This document shows positions 47,323 to 61,812 of a stretch of 64,000 nt of DNA, one piece after another. Location of the stretch: NCBI GenBank assembly GCA_050290185.1, contig JBNKHE010000001.1, positions 610,713-674,712 on the forward strand. Reading direction: 5' to 3'. How positions within the stretch are numbered: the stretch's first letter is position 1; the number at the start of each line of letters is the position of its first letter. Made by a program: the position numbers and the translations under genes. Source of the DNA: Pontiella sp. (GTDB taxonomy: Bacteria; Verrucomicrobiota; Kiritimatiellia; Kiritimatiellales; Pontiellaceae). The notes under the pieces are model-generated. The model ran no database searches. It saw only the letters and a program-made list of their open reading frames with translations, and had not been told where the DNA came from.

Positions 47323-47380
47323 TCCCCCTGCAAAAGAAAAAACCCGTCGTATCAGACGGGTTTTTTCTTTTGCAGGGGGA
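47323..47380. terminator. Bidirectional terminator, perfect 26-bp inverted repeat
   Basis: TCCCCCTGCAAAAGAAAAAACCCGTC-GTATCA-reverse complement, between convergent genes. Confidence 0.85.
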
Positions 47381-47384
47381 TGGC

Positions 47385-48998
<1,614 letters not shown>

Positions 48999-49235
48999 TT
49001 ATTCCCATAATTGTTGGAGTGCCGGAGTTCACCGGAAACATGGGACGGGATGCTATCGCCTTCCCCCAACCCGTCCCAAGCCTAAAATCCAACTATTGAA
49101 AAAAATCGCGATTAACAGGCTTATCCCCCTTTAAAACTCCGTGAACATGGTTGTTTTTTAAAGATTCGATCTATAGATTGAGCAGGAATTTTTTGGACCG
49201 CCAAGCCCCGAAACCGTAATTGGGAGAAAACCACA

Positions 49236-52200
49236 ATGAAACACACCGGAAAACTTTTTACCGCCGTACTCTGGATCTGCACAATCCTGACAGGATTGTC
49301 CGCCTCGGCCTTTGACGGGGTCACCAACACCATTCCCAACGGAGCGTCGTACAGCGGCCTGAAAATCGGGCAAAACCTCCCCAACACCTATATTGACATC
49401 GAGTCCAACAGCACCGTCACTGTCACCAACTATGTCCAACTGGGAGAAAACAGCGATTCTACGAATAACACATTGCGGGTAAAGGACGGCGCAACCGTAC
49501 GGATTGGCACGCTGACCACAACACCGACCAATAACGGCATTTTCATCGGCAAGGCAGATAACGCACTAATTATAAGAAACGCCTCGACGGTAGAGAGCAG
49601 CGCCCTGGCCATGGGAGCATCGGAAAACGAAGAATCCCAAATAAACGTAAAAGGAGAAAACTCCCGGCTCAAGATCACCCACGATGCCTTCATTGGAACA
49701 GGGGCGGACAACAATCAGGTGAATATAGGAAACGGCGCAACTTTCGAAGTCCTCGGGCTACTCACCGTTGGCGCGACTAACACGCAAAATAACGCCATCG
49801 CTGTCGACGGAGAAAGTACGCTGAAAGTCAGCTCCCTAACCAACATCAACATTGCCGGCGACAACCAGATTATCATCAACGGAACCTTGCAAGCCGACGG
49901 AACTGTTACCACCAGCTTGGTTGGCGACAAGAATATCACCATGAATTCTGGATCCAAGATTCTGGTTGACAACACTTTGCTCGGAAATATTGATGGCGGC
50001 TATTCCGTTGTTTTAAACGAATCCGCAGCATGGACCCCACTCCAGGACGAAGATGCACAGATTGGATTCAGCTCATCGGGCAACTCGCTTTCGTTTAATA
50101 ACAGCACCGACTTCACCATGACCGACCATGCCTTGATAGTCGGGGCTGAATTCAATCAAAACACGCTCAACATACTGGATGATGCAAAACTGACGGCCAC
50201 CGAAATCAACGTCGGAAAAAACGGCAGCTCAAACATCTTGAATATTGAGAACAACGCCGAACTCAGCATGACCAATGGCACGCTCATTGCCGGCAAAAAT
50301 AATCTGGCAAACTCAAACCAAATCAACCTGAAGGACGAAGGCATTCTTACAGTCGCCAACCTGACCGTTGGATCTGCTGGAAAAAACAACCGTTACATAC
50401 AATCAGGCGGCACAGCCACCGTCTTGGGCGATTTGACACTCGGAGAAAAAAGTTCTTCCGAGGGCAACAGAATCAGCGTGTCCGGAAGCGATGCAATACT
50501 GGCCATAAACAAGCAGCTTTTTGTTGGCTCGAGCACCAGTTCCAACAACACGGTTACGATCTTTAATGGCGGCACGCTTTTCGCCAGCGCCCAAACCAAC
50601 ATCGTCATGGGAACGGCCAAAAACAACACCTTGACCGTTGCCAATGGCGGCATCCTGAAAACCTACGACTGGGATTTCGACCAGATGACCGAAAGCGCAA
50701 CCAATATCGCGTTTGCATCTGGATCAACCCTGCACCTGCTGGGCGTGTTGTCCGGCACAAACATGGTCGAAGGCGGGATGAATTTCGTTCTGGACGGATC
50801 GATCAACGGTACCAATGCCACCTGGAATACCGGAACCAATGCACTGTACGTTGGCTCGACCTCTGCCAACAACAGCCTAACCCTTACCAATGGCGCATCG
50901 GCCTCAACCTTAAAGGACTTGTACATTGGTACACTGAAAAACGAATATAAGCCCAACTCCCTCAACGTGATGGGAGGAAGCTTCCTGAAAGTCGGGGGTG
51001 ATGCCTATGTAGGACACGCCAACACCCTGAAAATCGACTCGACATCGCGCGTGTATGTCAACGGGAACTATGAACAGGGCGATTATGCCATACTGGAAAT
51101 CGGCATCAGCAGCAATCAGGTGCAACCCAACCTGCTCGTGGAAAAGAATGCCGAGTTCAGCGGCATGCTGAACACCAACTACCCGATCTTCAAGATCTTC
51201 AACGAAGGAGTTGGAGCATCAAACATCATAACCATCGTCAAGGCCGGGAGCATTACCGTTGACGGGCAAACCGCTACATCCAGAGACATCAAGGCGAACA
51301 TTGACACCAACCTGCTCTTTGGATTCAACGTCACGGTATCCAACGACCTCGATTACTCCTACATCGTACTGGACGACTTTATCATCCACAGCTGGAAGGA
51401 ATATCTTAGTGGGCAATCACTCGACGTCATTACTGAAATAGACTCCCTCTCCAACTCAACCGCCATTGCCATGGTGAATATCCTCACTGGCATGGACCCC
51501 AAAACCGCATCCAAAACGGCGGACAGCTACTACGGCGAAAAAATGAGTTCCACACCGGCCCACAACACCATCAATCTGGGCCTCCAGTCCGTGGCCGAAC
51601 AGCTGACCAAGCGGGTGGACAACACACGCGCCCGCATGAGTGCGGCGCATGCCGGAATGAACGCTCCCACAGGCGCAGCCGGCCCGCATAAGAAGGGACA
51701 GGAACTGCAGGGCTGGATGACCGGGTTCAAGTCCCGATCCGGAAAATCGGCCGACAGTGGATTCGACGGGTATGATGGAGATATGGGCGGCTTCCTCATT
51801 GGTATCGACTTTTCCGTGGCAGATGGAATCCTGGTTGGTGTGGCAGGCGGGCGCGGCACGTCTTCAATCGACAAGGACAATGGCGCTTCAAGTGATACCA
51901 GCACATCATTTGGCTCACTCTATGCCTCGGCCGGAGCCTCGGACTGGTTTGCCGATGCCAGCTTCATCTATGGCGGCAGCTCGGTTGATACGAAACTGGG
52001 CTCAACCTTCAATACCACGGCGAACTATGATGCCCGAAACATTGCGCTCTATTTTGGCGGAGGCAAGGAAATCATCGGGAAGTACCTGATCTTCACCCCT
52101 CAGGCTTCGCTGCTGGGCAACCTGTACTCGCAGGATGCTTATCAAGAAACCAGCACTGAAGCCCTTCCGCGCAAAGTCGACAGCTTCGACACGTTCTACC

Positions 52201-52511
52201 TGCAAAGCGCCGTCGGATGCAACGTCGGGTTCTATTCAACGGTCGGCGAACTGACCGTTAAACCCGAATTCCGCGCATTCTGGCTGCACGAGTTCAACGC
52301 GAAGGAAGAAGATCTCGCCTACTCGCTTGTGGGAGTAACCGGATCCTACAACATGCAGCTGCAGTCCCCGGAATCCGACATCCTCAAGCTCGGAGGAGGC
52401 GTATCGGCCAAGCTGGGCGAATATCTCGAACTCCGCGCCGATCTCGACGCCCGGCTGGCCAGCGGATATTCCGACTGCACCTTGCTCGGATCGATCCGCT
52501 ACCAGTTCTAG
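49236..52511 (+). CDS. Autotransporter with beta-helical repeat passenger
   Basis: Signal peptide, VG....N.L.I.NG repeats, barrel with WLHEF, ends IRYQF. Confidence 0.9.
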   Translation: MKHTGKLFTAVLWICTILTGLSASAFDGVTNTIPNGASYSGLKIGQNLPNTYIDIESNSTVTVTNYVQLGENSDSTNNTLRVKDGATVRIGTLTTTPTNNGIFIGKADNALIIRNASTVESSALAMGASENEESQINVKGENSRLKITHDAFIGTGADNNQVNIGNGATFEVLGLLTVGATNTQNNAIAVDGESTLKVSSLTNINIAGDNQIIINGTLQADGTVTTSLVGDKNITMNSGSKILVDNTLLGNIDGGYSVVLNESAAWTPLQDEDAQIGFSSSGNSLSFNNSTDFTMTDHALIVGAEFNQNTLNILDDAKLTATEINVGKNGSSNILNIENNAELSMTNGTLIAGKNNLANSNQINLKDEGILTVANLTVGSAGKNNRYIQSGGTATVLGDLTLGEKSSSEGNRISVSGSDAILAINKQLFVGSSTSSNNTVTIFNGGTLFASAQTNIVMGTAKNNTLTVANGGILKTYDWDFDQMTESATNIAFASGSTLHLLGVLSGTNMVEGGMNFVLDGSINGTNATWNTGTNALYVGSTSANNSLTLTNGASASTLKDLYIGTLKNEYKPNSLNVMGGSFLKVGGDAYVGHANTLKIDSTSRVYVNGNYEQGDYAILEIGISSNQVQPNLLVEKNAEFSGMLNTNYPIFKIFNEGVGASNIITIVKAGSITVDGQTATSRDIKANIDTNLLFGFNVTVSNDLDYSYIVLDDFIIHSWKEYLSGQSLDVITEIDSLSNSTAIAMVNILTGMDPKTASKTADSYYGEKMSSTPAHNTINLGLQSVAEQLTKRVDNTRARMSAAHAGMNAPTGAAGPHKKGQELQGWMTGFKSRSGKSADSGFDGYDGDMGGFLIGIDFSVADGILVGVAGGRGTSSIDKDNGASSDTSTSFGSLYASAGASDWFADASFIYGGSSVDTKLGSTFNTTANYDARNIALYFGGGKEIIGKYLIFTPQASLLGNLYSQDAYQETSTEALPRKVDSFDTFYLQSAVGCNVGFYSTVGELTVKPEFRAFWLHEFNAKEEDLAYSLVGVTGSYNMQLQSPESDILKLGGGVSAKLGEYLELRADLDARLASGYSDCTLLGSIRYQF

Positions 52512-52530
52512 CCCATCTCCTATTGGAAAT

Positions 52531-52562
52531 GAAAAAGGGATCGCTGAGGCGATCCCTTTTTC
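52531..52562. terminator. Bidirectional terminator
   Basis: GAAAAAGGGATCGC-TGAG-GCGATCCCTTTTTC. Confidence 0.85.
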
Positions 52563-52590
52563 ATGCCAACCAACGGGGCGTATCTCACGA

Positions 52591-53079
52591 CTACCCATTA
52601 TGGTTGCGCATCGCGCGCTGAGTGTCGCGATCGGATTCGCGCTTCTTGATGGTCTCGCGCTTGTCTACCACGTTTTTTCCGCGTGCCAGACCAATCTTGA
52701 CCTTTACCTTGCCGCGAACGAGATAGATTTTCAACGGAACAAGGGTCAGCCCCTTCTCACGGATCTTTCCATACAACCGTTCGATCTCCTTGTGGTGCAT
52801 GAGCAGTTTCCGCTCGCGGGTCTGATTATGGTTGAAGATATTCCCCTGCTCATAAGGCTGAATCGTGCATCCTACCAGCCAGGACTCCAGGCGATCGTCG
52901 ATGTGCACATAACCTTCCTGGATGCTGACATGCCCCAGCTTGACCGACTTTACCTCGGTACCGGTCAGGATGATTCCGGCCTCCAACTGCTCCAGAATCT
53001 GGTAGTCGCGCTGGGCCTTGCGGTTGGTGGCCAGCACCCCCGATCCGGGATCATTCTTCTTTTTGTTTTTTCCTGCCAT
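52591..53079 (-). CDS. smpB: SsrA-binding protein
   Basis: NRKA..DY....EAGI.LTGTEVKS, RKLLMH, GLTLVPL, DKRE. Confidence 0.97.
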   Translation of the reverse strand: MAGKNKKKNDPGSGVLATNRKAQRDYQILEQLEAGIILTGTEVKSVKLGHVSIQEGYVHIDDRLESWLVGCTIQPYEQGNIFNHNQTRERKLLMHHKEIERLYGKIREKGLTLVPLKIYLVRGKVKVKIGLARGKNVVDKRETIKKRESDRDTQRAMRNHNG

Positions 53080-53215
53080 AACGTAATCTATTCAGCGGTT
53101 TCTCCCCCGGTCGCATTGCTCCCATTGGAACACCGGGGGATGCAAGGAAACATACCTCCGGGACCTCTGTATTCTCAAGCGTAGCGGGGGTTAAATAAGT
53201 CCATCCCGGAAAACA

Positions 53216-53249
53216 CAAAACCCAAACCCCCGAAGGGCTTTGGGTTTTG
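53216..53249 (-). terminator. Hairpin/terminator after rpoZ
   Basis: CAAAACCCAAA-CCCCGAAGGGC-TTTGGGTTTTG inverted repeat. Confidence 0.6.
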
Positions 53250-53271
53250 CTAAAACAGATTATCCCTTGTA

Positions 53272-53526
53272 CTACAGAAGAATCGTTGTATCGAAATCCA
53301 GCCCAGGCGCTTCCGCTTCTTCCTGCGAAAATGCCATCTCAGCCGTCAGCAGGCCTTCGGCAATTTCCTTCAGCACGATATCGTGGTTATCCTGCTCCGG
53401 ATGATCCGGTTTAACCATGGGACGCGCACCGGCATTGAGCTGGCGGGTACGATAGGAAATCAGATTCACCAGCATCGGGATGTTGGGCATCTTCTCTTCC
53501 GCAATGTTCAGATAGTTCAAGTTCAT
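53272..53526 (-). CDS. rpoZ: RNA polymerase omega subunit
   Basis: LVNLISYRTRQLNAGARPMV...IVLKEIAEG; start ATG 53526 with SD GGAG. Confidence 0.85.
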   Translation of the reverse strand: MNLNYLNIAEEKMPNIPMLVNLISYRTRQLNAGARPMVKPDHPEQDNHDIVLKEIAEGLLTAEMAFSQEEAEAPGLDFDTTILL

Positions 53527-53615
53527 AGTGTTGCTCCGTAAATGATCAACCGGCGTTTTGGCCCGCAAACAAAATATTCACAAGTCCCTAGTATTTAGAT
53601 AAAAAAGCGGCGCGT

Positions 53616-53643
53616 AGTATAGCACTCCGACCTTTACCGTCAA
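53616..53643 (-). promoter_or_regulatory. sigma70 promoter for rpoZ
   Basis: TTGACG-N16-TATACT with extended TG. Confidence 0.65.
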
Positions 53644-53779
53644 ACGCCATTTACGACAAAATCCGCCCCCGGAAAGGGGCGGATCGGTTGGGCTGGAGAG
53701 CGGTATAAACCAGCGGACGAGCCCGCCATGGCCGGCGATCGGCATACCGAACCGCCGGCCTGCGCACTCCAGGGCATGA

Positions 53780-55420
<1,641 letters not shown>

Positions 55421-55440
55421 TTATCCTTTCAAAATTCCGA

Positions 55441-55728
55441 TTAGCCAATAATCGCGAGGATATCCTCTTCGCGCATGATCTGGTATTCCTTGCCGTCAAC
55501 CTTGACTTCGGTGCCGCCATACTTCGGCATCAGCACGGTGTCGCCTTTCTTGACGTTGAACGGAATGACTTTGCCGTTTTCGTCCAGCTTGCCGGTTCCC
55601 ACTGCAATAACCTTGCCTTCCTGAGGCTTTTCCTTAGCCGAGTCGGGGATGATGATTCCGCCCTTAACGGCCTGCTCTTCCTTGACCGGCTCAACCAATA
55701 CGCGTTCGCCCAATGGTTTAATCTTCAT
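55441..55728 (-). CDS. groS: Co-chaperonin GroES
   Basis: [24 protein letters not shown]. Confidence 0.98.
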   Translation of the reverse strand: MKIKPLGERVLVEPVKEEQAVKGGIIIPDSAKEKPQEGKVIAVGTGKLDENGKVIPFNVKKGDTVLMPKYGGTEVKVDGKEYQIMREEDILAIIG

Positions 55729-55757
55729 GGATACTTCTCTCCTTGTTGGTTATTTAT

Positions 55758-55904
55758 AATTTTGATTTCTGAATTTTGATTTCCGATTTGCGGCTCCCCG
55801 ACGGACCTTTTCAACCATAAGCCCAGCGGCGGCTATTTGTCCGCCGGAGCCATGCAAAGGCGGAGGTTCCACAAATCAAAAACCGCCTATCAAAAATCGA
55901 AAAT
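55758..55904. repeat. Heptamer-armed inverted element (GATTT.../...AAATC) between dnaK and groES
   Basis: AATTTTGATTTCTGAATTTTGATTTCCGATTTG ... CAAATCAAAAACCGCCTATCAAAAATCGAAAAT; related copies at 61123-61258 and 61693-61797. Confidence 0.7.
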
Positions 55905-55906
55905 GC

Positions 55907-57835
<1,929 letters not shown>

Positions 57836-57885
57836 AATTGTCTCCTATGGTTTTAAATTGGTGTCACTTTCGACGACTCCCCTAT

Positions 57886-57901
57886 ATCACGAACCGTGCC
57901 A
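57886..57901 (-). promoter_or_regulatory. sigma54-like promoter for dnaK-groES-groEL
   Basis: TGGCACG-GTTC-GTGAT; perfect -24, deviant -12. Confidence 0.5.
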
Positions 57902-58177
57902 CCAGATGCAAGGCGAAAGGATCAAGTCGCAACTCGTTGTATATATGACACTTAACACCTAACCCCCTAAAGCCTGACCCTGCGCACATGCTGGCGCATG
58001 TGCGCCAGATGTCCCACATCCGCCCCACCCTCTGTCCCACCTGCGCCATCGTGTCACACCTCGTTGCCGTGTTTATCCTCCTTCACCGAGGTTTCGGAGC
58101 GACAAGTCTGCGAGATATGCGGGCCAACAAACCTCCGTGTCCTCTGTGGTACATGCTTACCGTCATTGGGAGATGGA

Positions 58178-58210
58178 CAAAAAAAAGCCCCCGGAAATTA
58201 TTCCGGGGAC
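58178..58210 (-). terminator. Intrinsic terminator after HPF-like gene
   Basis: CCCCGGAA-TAAT-TTCCGGGG-GCTTTTTTTT on minus strand. Confidence 0.75.
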
Positions 58211-58243
58211 CTAAGCGCCTATCCATCGGTGGGGGCCGATGAA

Positions 58244-58657
58244 TCAGGCAGCTTCTTCTGCTCTGTGCATGCGGCGGCTGGCTCGGCGGCCGTGCCTTTT
58301 GATCAGTTGTTTTTCTACGCTGTCGAAGACATCTGCAAGTGCACTGAAAACGCCGTCGTGCATGCCGGTTCTTTCGGTGCTGTGCGCCACGTAGAGCCGC
58401 TCGCCGGGAACGGAGAGTTTAATCTTTACCTGAAAGACCCCTGTCTTTTCCCGGTGATGCGTCTCGTCGATCACCACATACGCCTTGGCACCGGGCAACG
58501 GATATTTATCGAACCGCTCCATCATCTGATCCACCAACCATTGAACCCGCTTCGACTCGCGCATATGTCGAAATTGAACCTCGACCGGAATATATGCACC
58601 GGCTCCCTGTGCCTCAAAGTAAGAAGATGCGGATTTAAACTGCGATGATGTATACAT
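58244..58657 (-). CDS. HPF/RaiA-family ribosome-associated protein
   Basis: V.FRHM..S.....V......F.V.I.L.VPG..L......D...A..D.FD..E.QL pattern; SD AAGGAG. Confidence 0.75.
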   Translation of the reverse strand: MYTSSQFKSASSYFEAQGAGAYIPVEVQFRHMRESKRVQWLVDQMMERFDKYPLPGAKAYVVIDETHHREKTGVFQVKIKLSVPGERLYVAHSTERTGMHDGVFSALADVFDSVEKQLIKRHGRRASRRMHRAEEAA

Positions 58658-58889
58658 TACATCGGCTCCTTTCTTGTTGGTTTACCTATTCAGATGTCGG
58701 ACCTTCGAGTTCGCCTCAATACGCCCGCGTTACGTCTTAGAGACTACCCCTCTATCGGTCCGGTTCAAATATTTTTCTACTCCAACAAGCACTCCTTATT
58801 GAGACACCAGCGTAAGTCCTTGCAGTAAAACAATGCGGGAGTTTTAGCAGCGGCCAAAAAAGTTCATGGCCCATATCCCCATGAAGCAA

Positions 58890-59050
58890 GGATCGCTCTC
58901 CGAGCGCGCCGCACGCACGCCATGCACTCGTAAAAACCACCATGCCCATCCTGCGGACAGACGGCTCGGAGAGGCATCCCCACCCAGGTTGACAGGCGGA
59001 AGGATAAGGGTGCCCCCTCCCCGAAAGAGGAACCGGGGAGGAGGGCTGGG
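58890..59050. repeat. REP-like palindromic cluster
   Basis: CTCTCCGAGC (58896) ... GCTCGGAGAG (58964) and CCCCTCCCCG ... CGGGGAGAGGG inverted repeats. Confidence 0.55.
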
Positions 59051-59101
59051 TGTGGGGGGAGGAGATGAAATCTATTGGGCCGGTGGTGCTTTTTTCTTTA
59101 C

Positions 59102-59200
59102 CAGCTCGTCGGCCGGTTGCGCAACCGGATCGACAAGCAGTTCGAAACCAAACTGATCCACACCGTGCGCGGAGTCGGTTATGTCCTCAAAACCGAATGA
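59102..59200 (+). pseudogene. C-terminal remnant of OmpR/PhoB-family response regulator
   Basis: QLVGRLRNRIDKQFETKLIHTVRGVGYVLKTE*; in-frame TGA at 59066-59068 and no ATG between it and the remnant. Confidence 0.85.
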
Positions 59201-60605
59201 GTCCGTCCATATTACGTTCGGCTTCCGGCTGGCGCTGCTTTATACCGTCATCCTGACCATCACGGTAGGCATCCTGTTTGCCGTCACCTACCAGCTTGTC
59301 CGCCGCATCGTCCAGGAACGCGACCATGCGGTGATCAAGGCCCAGACCACCCAGTTCAAGGCGCTCTTCGCCCAAGGCGGCCTGACGGCGATCAACAACT
59401 ATTTCAGCCAGCAGATCAACCCGACCGAACCGGTATTCGTCCGCATCATCGACGCCCATAACCATGTGCGCTTTATCACGGCATCGCATCCGCTCTGGTC
59501 GCTGCTCGATCAGCAAGTCCACGAGCAGCGCATCACCGACTCCAGCGAAGCCCGCTGGGATGAGCTCAACCGAGAGGAGGCGAACGGCAGCTGGATCGTG
59601 GGAACCACGGCACTGACGCCCGGTTATTTCCTGCAGGTGGGACGCAGCAATACGGAGAGCAAGCTCGTACTGGCCCACTTCCGGCGGATCGGTCTTCGCA
59701 TCCTGCTTCCAACCATTCTACTGAGCCTGCTCGGTGGCTGGCTGACGGCCCAAACCGCATTATCACCACTGCGCGCACTCGTGCAAACCATCCGAAACAT
59801 CCTCGATACGGGCGACCTGCGCCAACGCGCCCCCGCCCATGCCCAACGCGGCGAGCTCGGAGCACTCAGCACCATGTTCAACCGCATCCTCGACAAGAAC
59901 GAAAGGCTGGTCGAGGGTTCCAGGGAAACGCTCGACAACGTCGCCCACGACCTGCGTACCCCAATGACCCATCTGCGCAACTCGGCCGAGCGCGCCCTCC
60001 AGTTACCCGAAGCGGATCTGGCGATACAGCGCGAGGCGCTGGCCGACTGCATGGAAGAATCCGAACGCATCCTGCAGATGCTCAATGTATTGATGGATCT
60101 GGCCGAGGCGCGCGTAGGCGATATGACCCTGCGCCCCGAATCGTTCGCCCTGCGCGAACTCGCCGACGAGGTGATTGAACTCTACGACCTGGTGGCCGAA
60201 GACCGGGTTATCAACCTCAAGAACGAAGTTCCGCCCCACTGCACCGTCACCGCCGACCGTACGCGTCTACGCCAATGCGTAGCCAACCTCGTCGACAACG
60301 CACTCAAATACAGTCCGAAGGAGAGCGAAGTGGTGCTGTCCGGCCGCTCGGATGAATCGACTGTGAGCATCGCCGTCAGCGACCAGGGTTGCGGGATTGC
60401 TCCGGAGGATCTGTCGCGGATATGGGACCGCCTCTACCGCGGCGAACGCAGTCGTGCGACCCCCGGCCTCGGACTTGGGCTGAGCATGGTCCGGGCAATC
60501 GTCGAAGCCCATGACGGAACGGTGGATGTAGAGAGTAGAGCGGACGAAGGCGCCACCTTTACCCTCACCCTTCCACGCAAAATGAAAGGGGCTGATCAAG
60601 CATGA
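59181..60605 (+). CDS. Sensor histidine kinase (2 TM, HAMP, HisKA, HATPase)
   Basis: AHDLRTPMT, NLVDNALKY, DQGCG, GLGLGL. Confidence 0.95.
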   Translation: MSSKPNESVHITFGFRLALLYTVILTITVGILFAVTYQLVRRIVQERDHAVIKAQTTQFKALFAQGGLTAINNYFSQQINPTEPVFVRIIDAHNHVRFITASHPLWSLLDQQVHEQRITDSSEARWDELNREEANGSWIVGTTALTPGYFLQVGRSNTESKLVLAHFRRIGLRILLPTILLSLLGGWLTAQTALSPLRALVQTIRNILDTGDLRQRAPAHAQRGELGALSTMFNRILDKNERLVEGSRETLDNVAHDLRTPMTHLRNSAERALQLPEADLAIQREALADCMEESERILQMLNVLMDLAEARVGDMTLRPESFALRELADEVIELYDLVAEDRVINLKNEVPPHCTVTADRTRLRQCVANLVDNALKYSPKESEVVLSGRSDESTVSIAVSDQGCGIAPEDLSRIWDRLYRGERSRATPGLGLGLSMVRAIVEAHDGTVDVESRADEGATFTLTLPRKMKGADQA

Positions 60606-60623
60606 CCAGCCCCGTCAGCATCA

Positions 60624-61106
60624 CTAGTCCGTCGAAACGGGGATGGATTTGCGGGCGGCCCTAGCCGATTCGGTTTTCGGCAGCGTCAGCGTCAGTACAC
60701 CGCGCTTGAATTTGGCCGTGGCCTTTTCGCGGTCGATCCGGGCGGGCAACGGAATGGAGCGATGATAGTTTCCATAGCTCATTTCGGAGACGTGGTAGTG
60801 CCGTTTCTTGCTTTCCTTCTGTTCCTTCCGTTCACCACGAATCACCAGCATATCCTCTTCGAGTTCCACCGCTATATCCTTTTCGTCCATCCCGGACAAC
60901 TCGGCCTTCACACGGATCTCATCATCGGTTTCCGACAGCTCGAATCCCGCGCCTCCGGCCATGCGGAGGCCGCGGTCGCCGAAGCCGCGATAGTAGCCAT
61001 TGAACAACTCATTGATTTCCCGGTGGAGCACATCGAATGGATCTTCGCTCCGCCATCGTTCCGGCAGCGCGTTGCGCTTTTTCCAGGGCATCAACTTGTC
61101 TTTCAT
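60624..61106 (-). CDS. Hsp20/alpha-crystallin family protein
   Basis: AELSG..I.V....L.I.GE...E.SYG...R.I.LP......A.F..GVL..TLPK. Confidence 0.93.
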   Translation of the reverse strand: MKDKLMPWKKRNALPERWRSEDPFDVLHREINELFNGYYRGFGDRGLRMAGGAGFELSETDDEIRVKAELSGMDEKDIAVELEEDMLVIRGERKEQKESKKRHYHVSEMSYGNYHRSIPLPARIDREKATAKFKRGVLTLTLPKTESARAARKSIPVSTD

Positions 61107-61122
61107 CAGTCGTACACCTCCT

Positions 61123-61258
61123 TATTCGATTTTGGATTTTTGAATTCCGATTTTTGATTTATTGAACTCGACCGGCGGTAGCCTAAGTGTCGCCGTGTCC
61201 ACCGAAGCCTTCGCGAAGGTGGAAGACCTGTACGTCGCCAATCGGAAATCAACATTTC
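61123..61258. repeat. Heptamer-armed inverted element with central REP-like palindrome
   Basis: TTCGATTTTGGATTTTTGAATTCCGATTTTTGATTT ... TCCACCGAAGCCTTCGCGAAGGTGGA ... AATCGGAAATCAACATT. Confidence 0.7.
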
Positions 61259-61272
61259 GCGGCAAAACCACG

Positions 61273-61674
61273 CTACCCTCCTGTCGTGATTTCAATCTTG
61301 CGCGGCTTGGCCTGCTCGGCCTTGGGCAGTTCGATATCGAGCACACCGTTGTGCAGCCGGGCGAGGATCTTGTCGCGGTCGATCAACTGCGGGACGCTGA
61401 ACTTGCGCCGGAAGACTCCTGTGTCGTATTCGCCGACGAGTAGATCGTACCCTTCCGGCTTTTCTCCACGCTGTTTCCCGGTGATTTCCAGCTCGTAGTT
61501 GTCGAGATGGATATCGACCTGATCCTGCGTAACGCCGGGCATGTCGCATCTCACCAGAATCGCGTCTTCCTTTTCGTAGATGTCCGCGACCGGTACATAG
61601 GTTCGCTCATTGCGAGCGGGTTCCATGCCCTCGAGGTTCACTTTTTCCAGACTCTTATCCTGTTTGTCTTTCAT
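61273..61674 (-). CDS. Hsp20/alpha-crystallin family protein
   Basis: P.ADIYE......DMPGV....F.R.F.....ID...I.A...NGVL...LPK; start ATG 61674 (SD AAGGAGG). Confidence 0.93.
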   Translation of the reverse strand: MKDKQDKSLEKVNLEGMEPARNERTYVPVADIYEKEDAILVRCDMPGVTQDQVDIHLDNYELEITGKQRGEKPEGYDLLVGEYDTGVFRRKFSVPQLIDRDKILARLHNGVLDIELPKAEQAKPRKIEITTGG

Positions 61675-61692
61675 AACCGTTTCCTCCTTGTT

Positions 61693-61797
61693 AATTGTCG
61701 ATTGCCGATTACTTGAACTCCATCTGTACTGGCCTCTTTTCAGATCAAGGCGTCGCAGACCCACAAATCGGAAATCATCAATCGGAAATCTAAAATT
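61693..61797. repeat. Heptamer-armed inverted element
   Basis: AATTGTCGATTGCCGATT ... CAAATCGGAAATCATCAATCGGAAATCTAAAATT. Confidence 0.65.
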
Positions 61798-61812
61798 TGC
61801 AGCATGGCTGCA

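Noticed and set aside
53620..53628. CIRCE half-site TAGCACTC (also AAGCACTC near 58787)
   Set aside because: Second half GAGTGCTAA missing; the first coincides with the rpoZ -10/spacer
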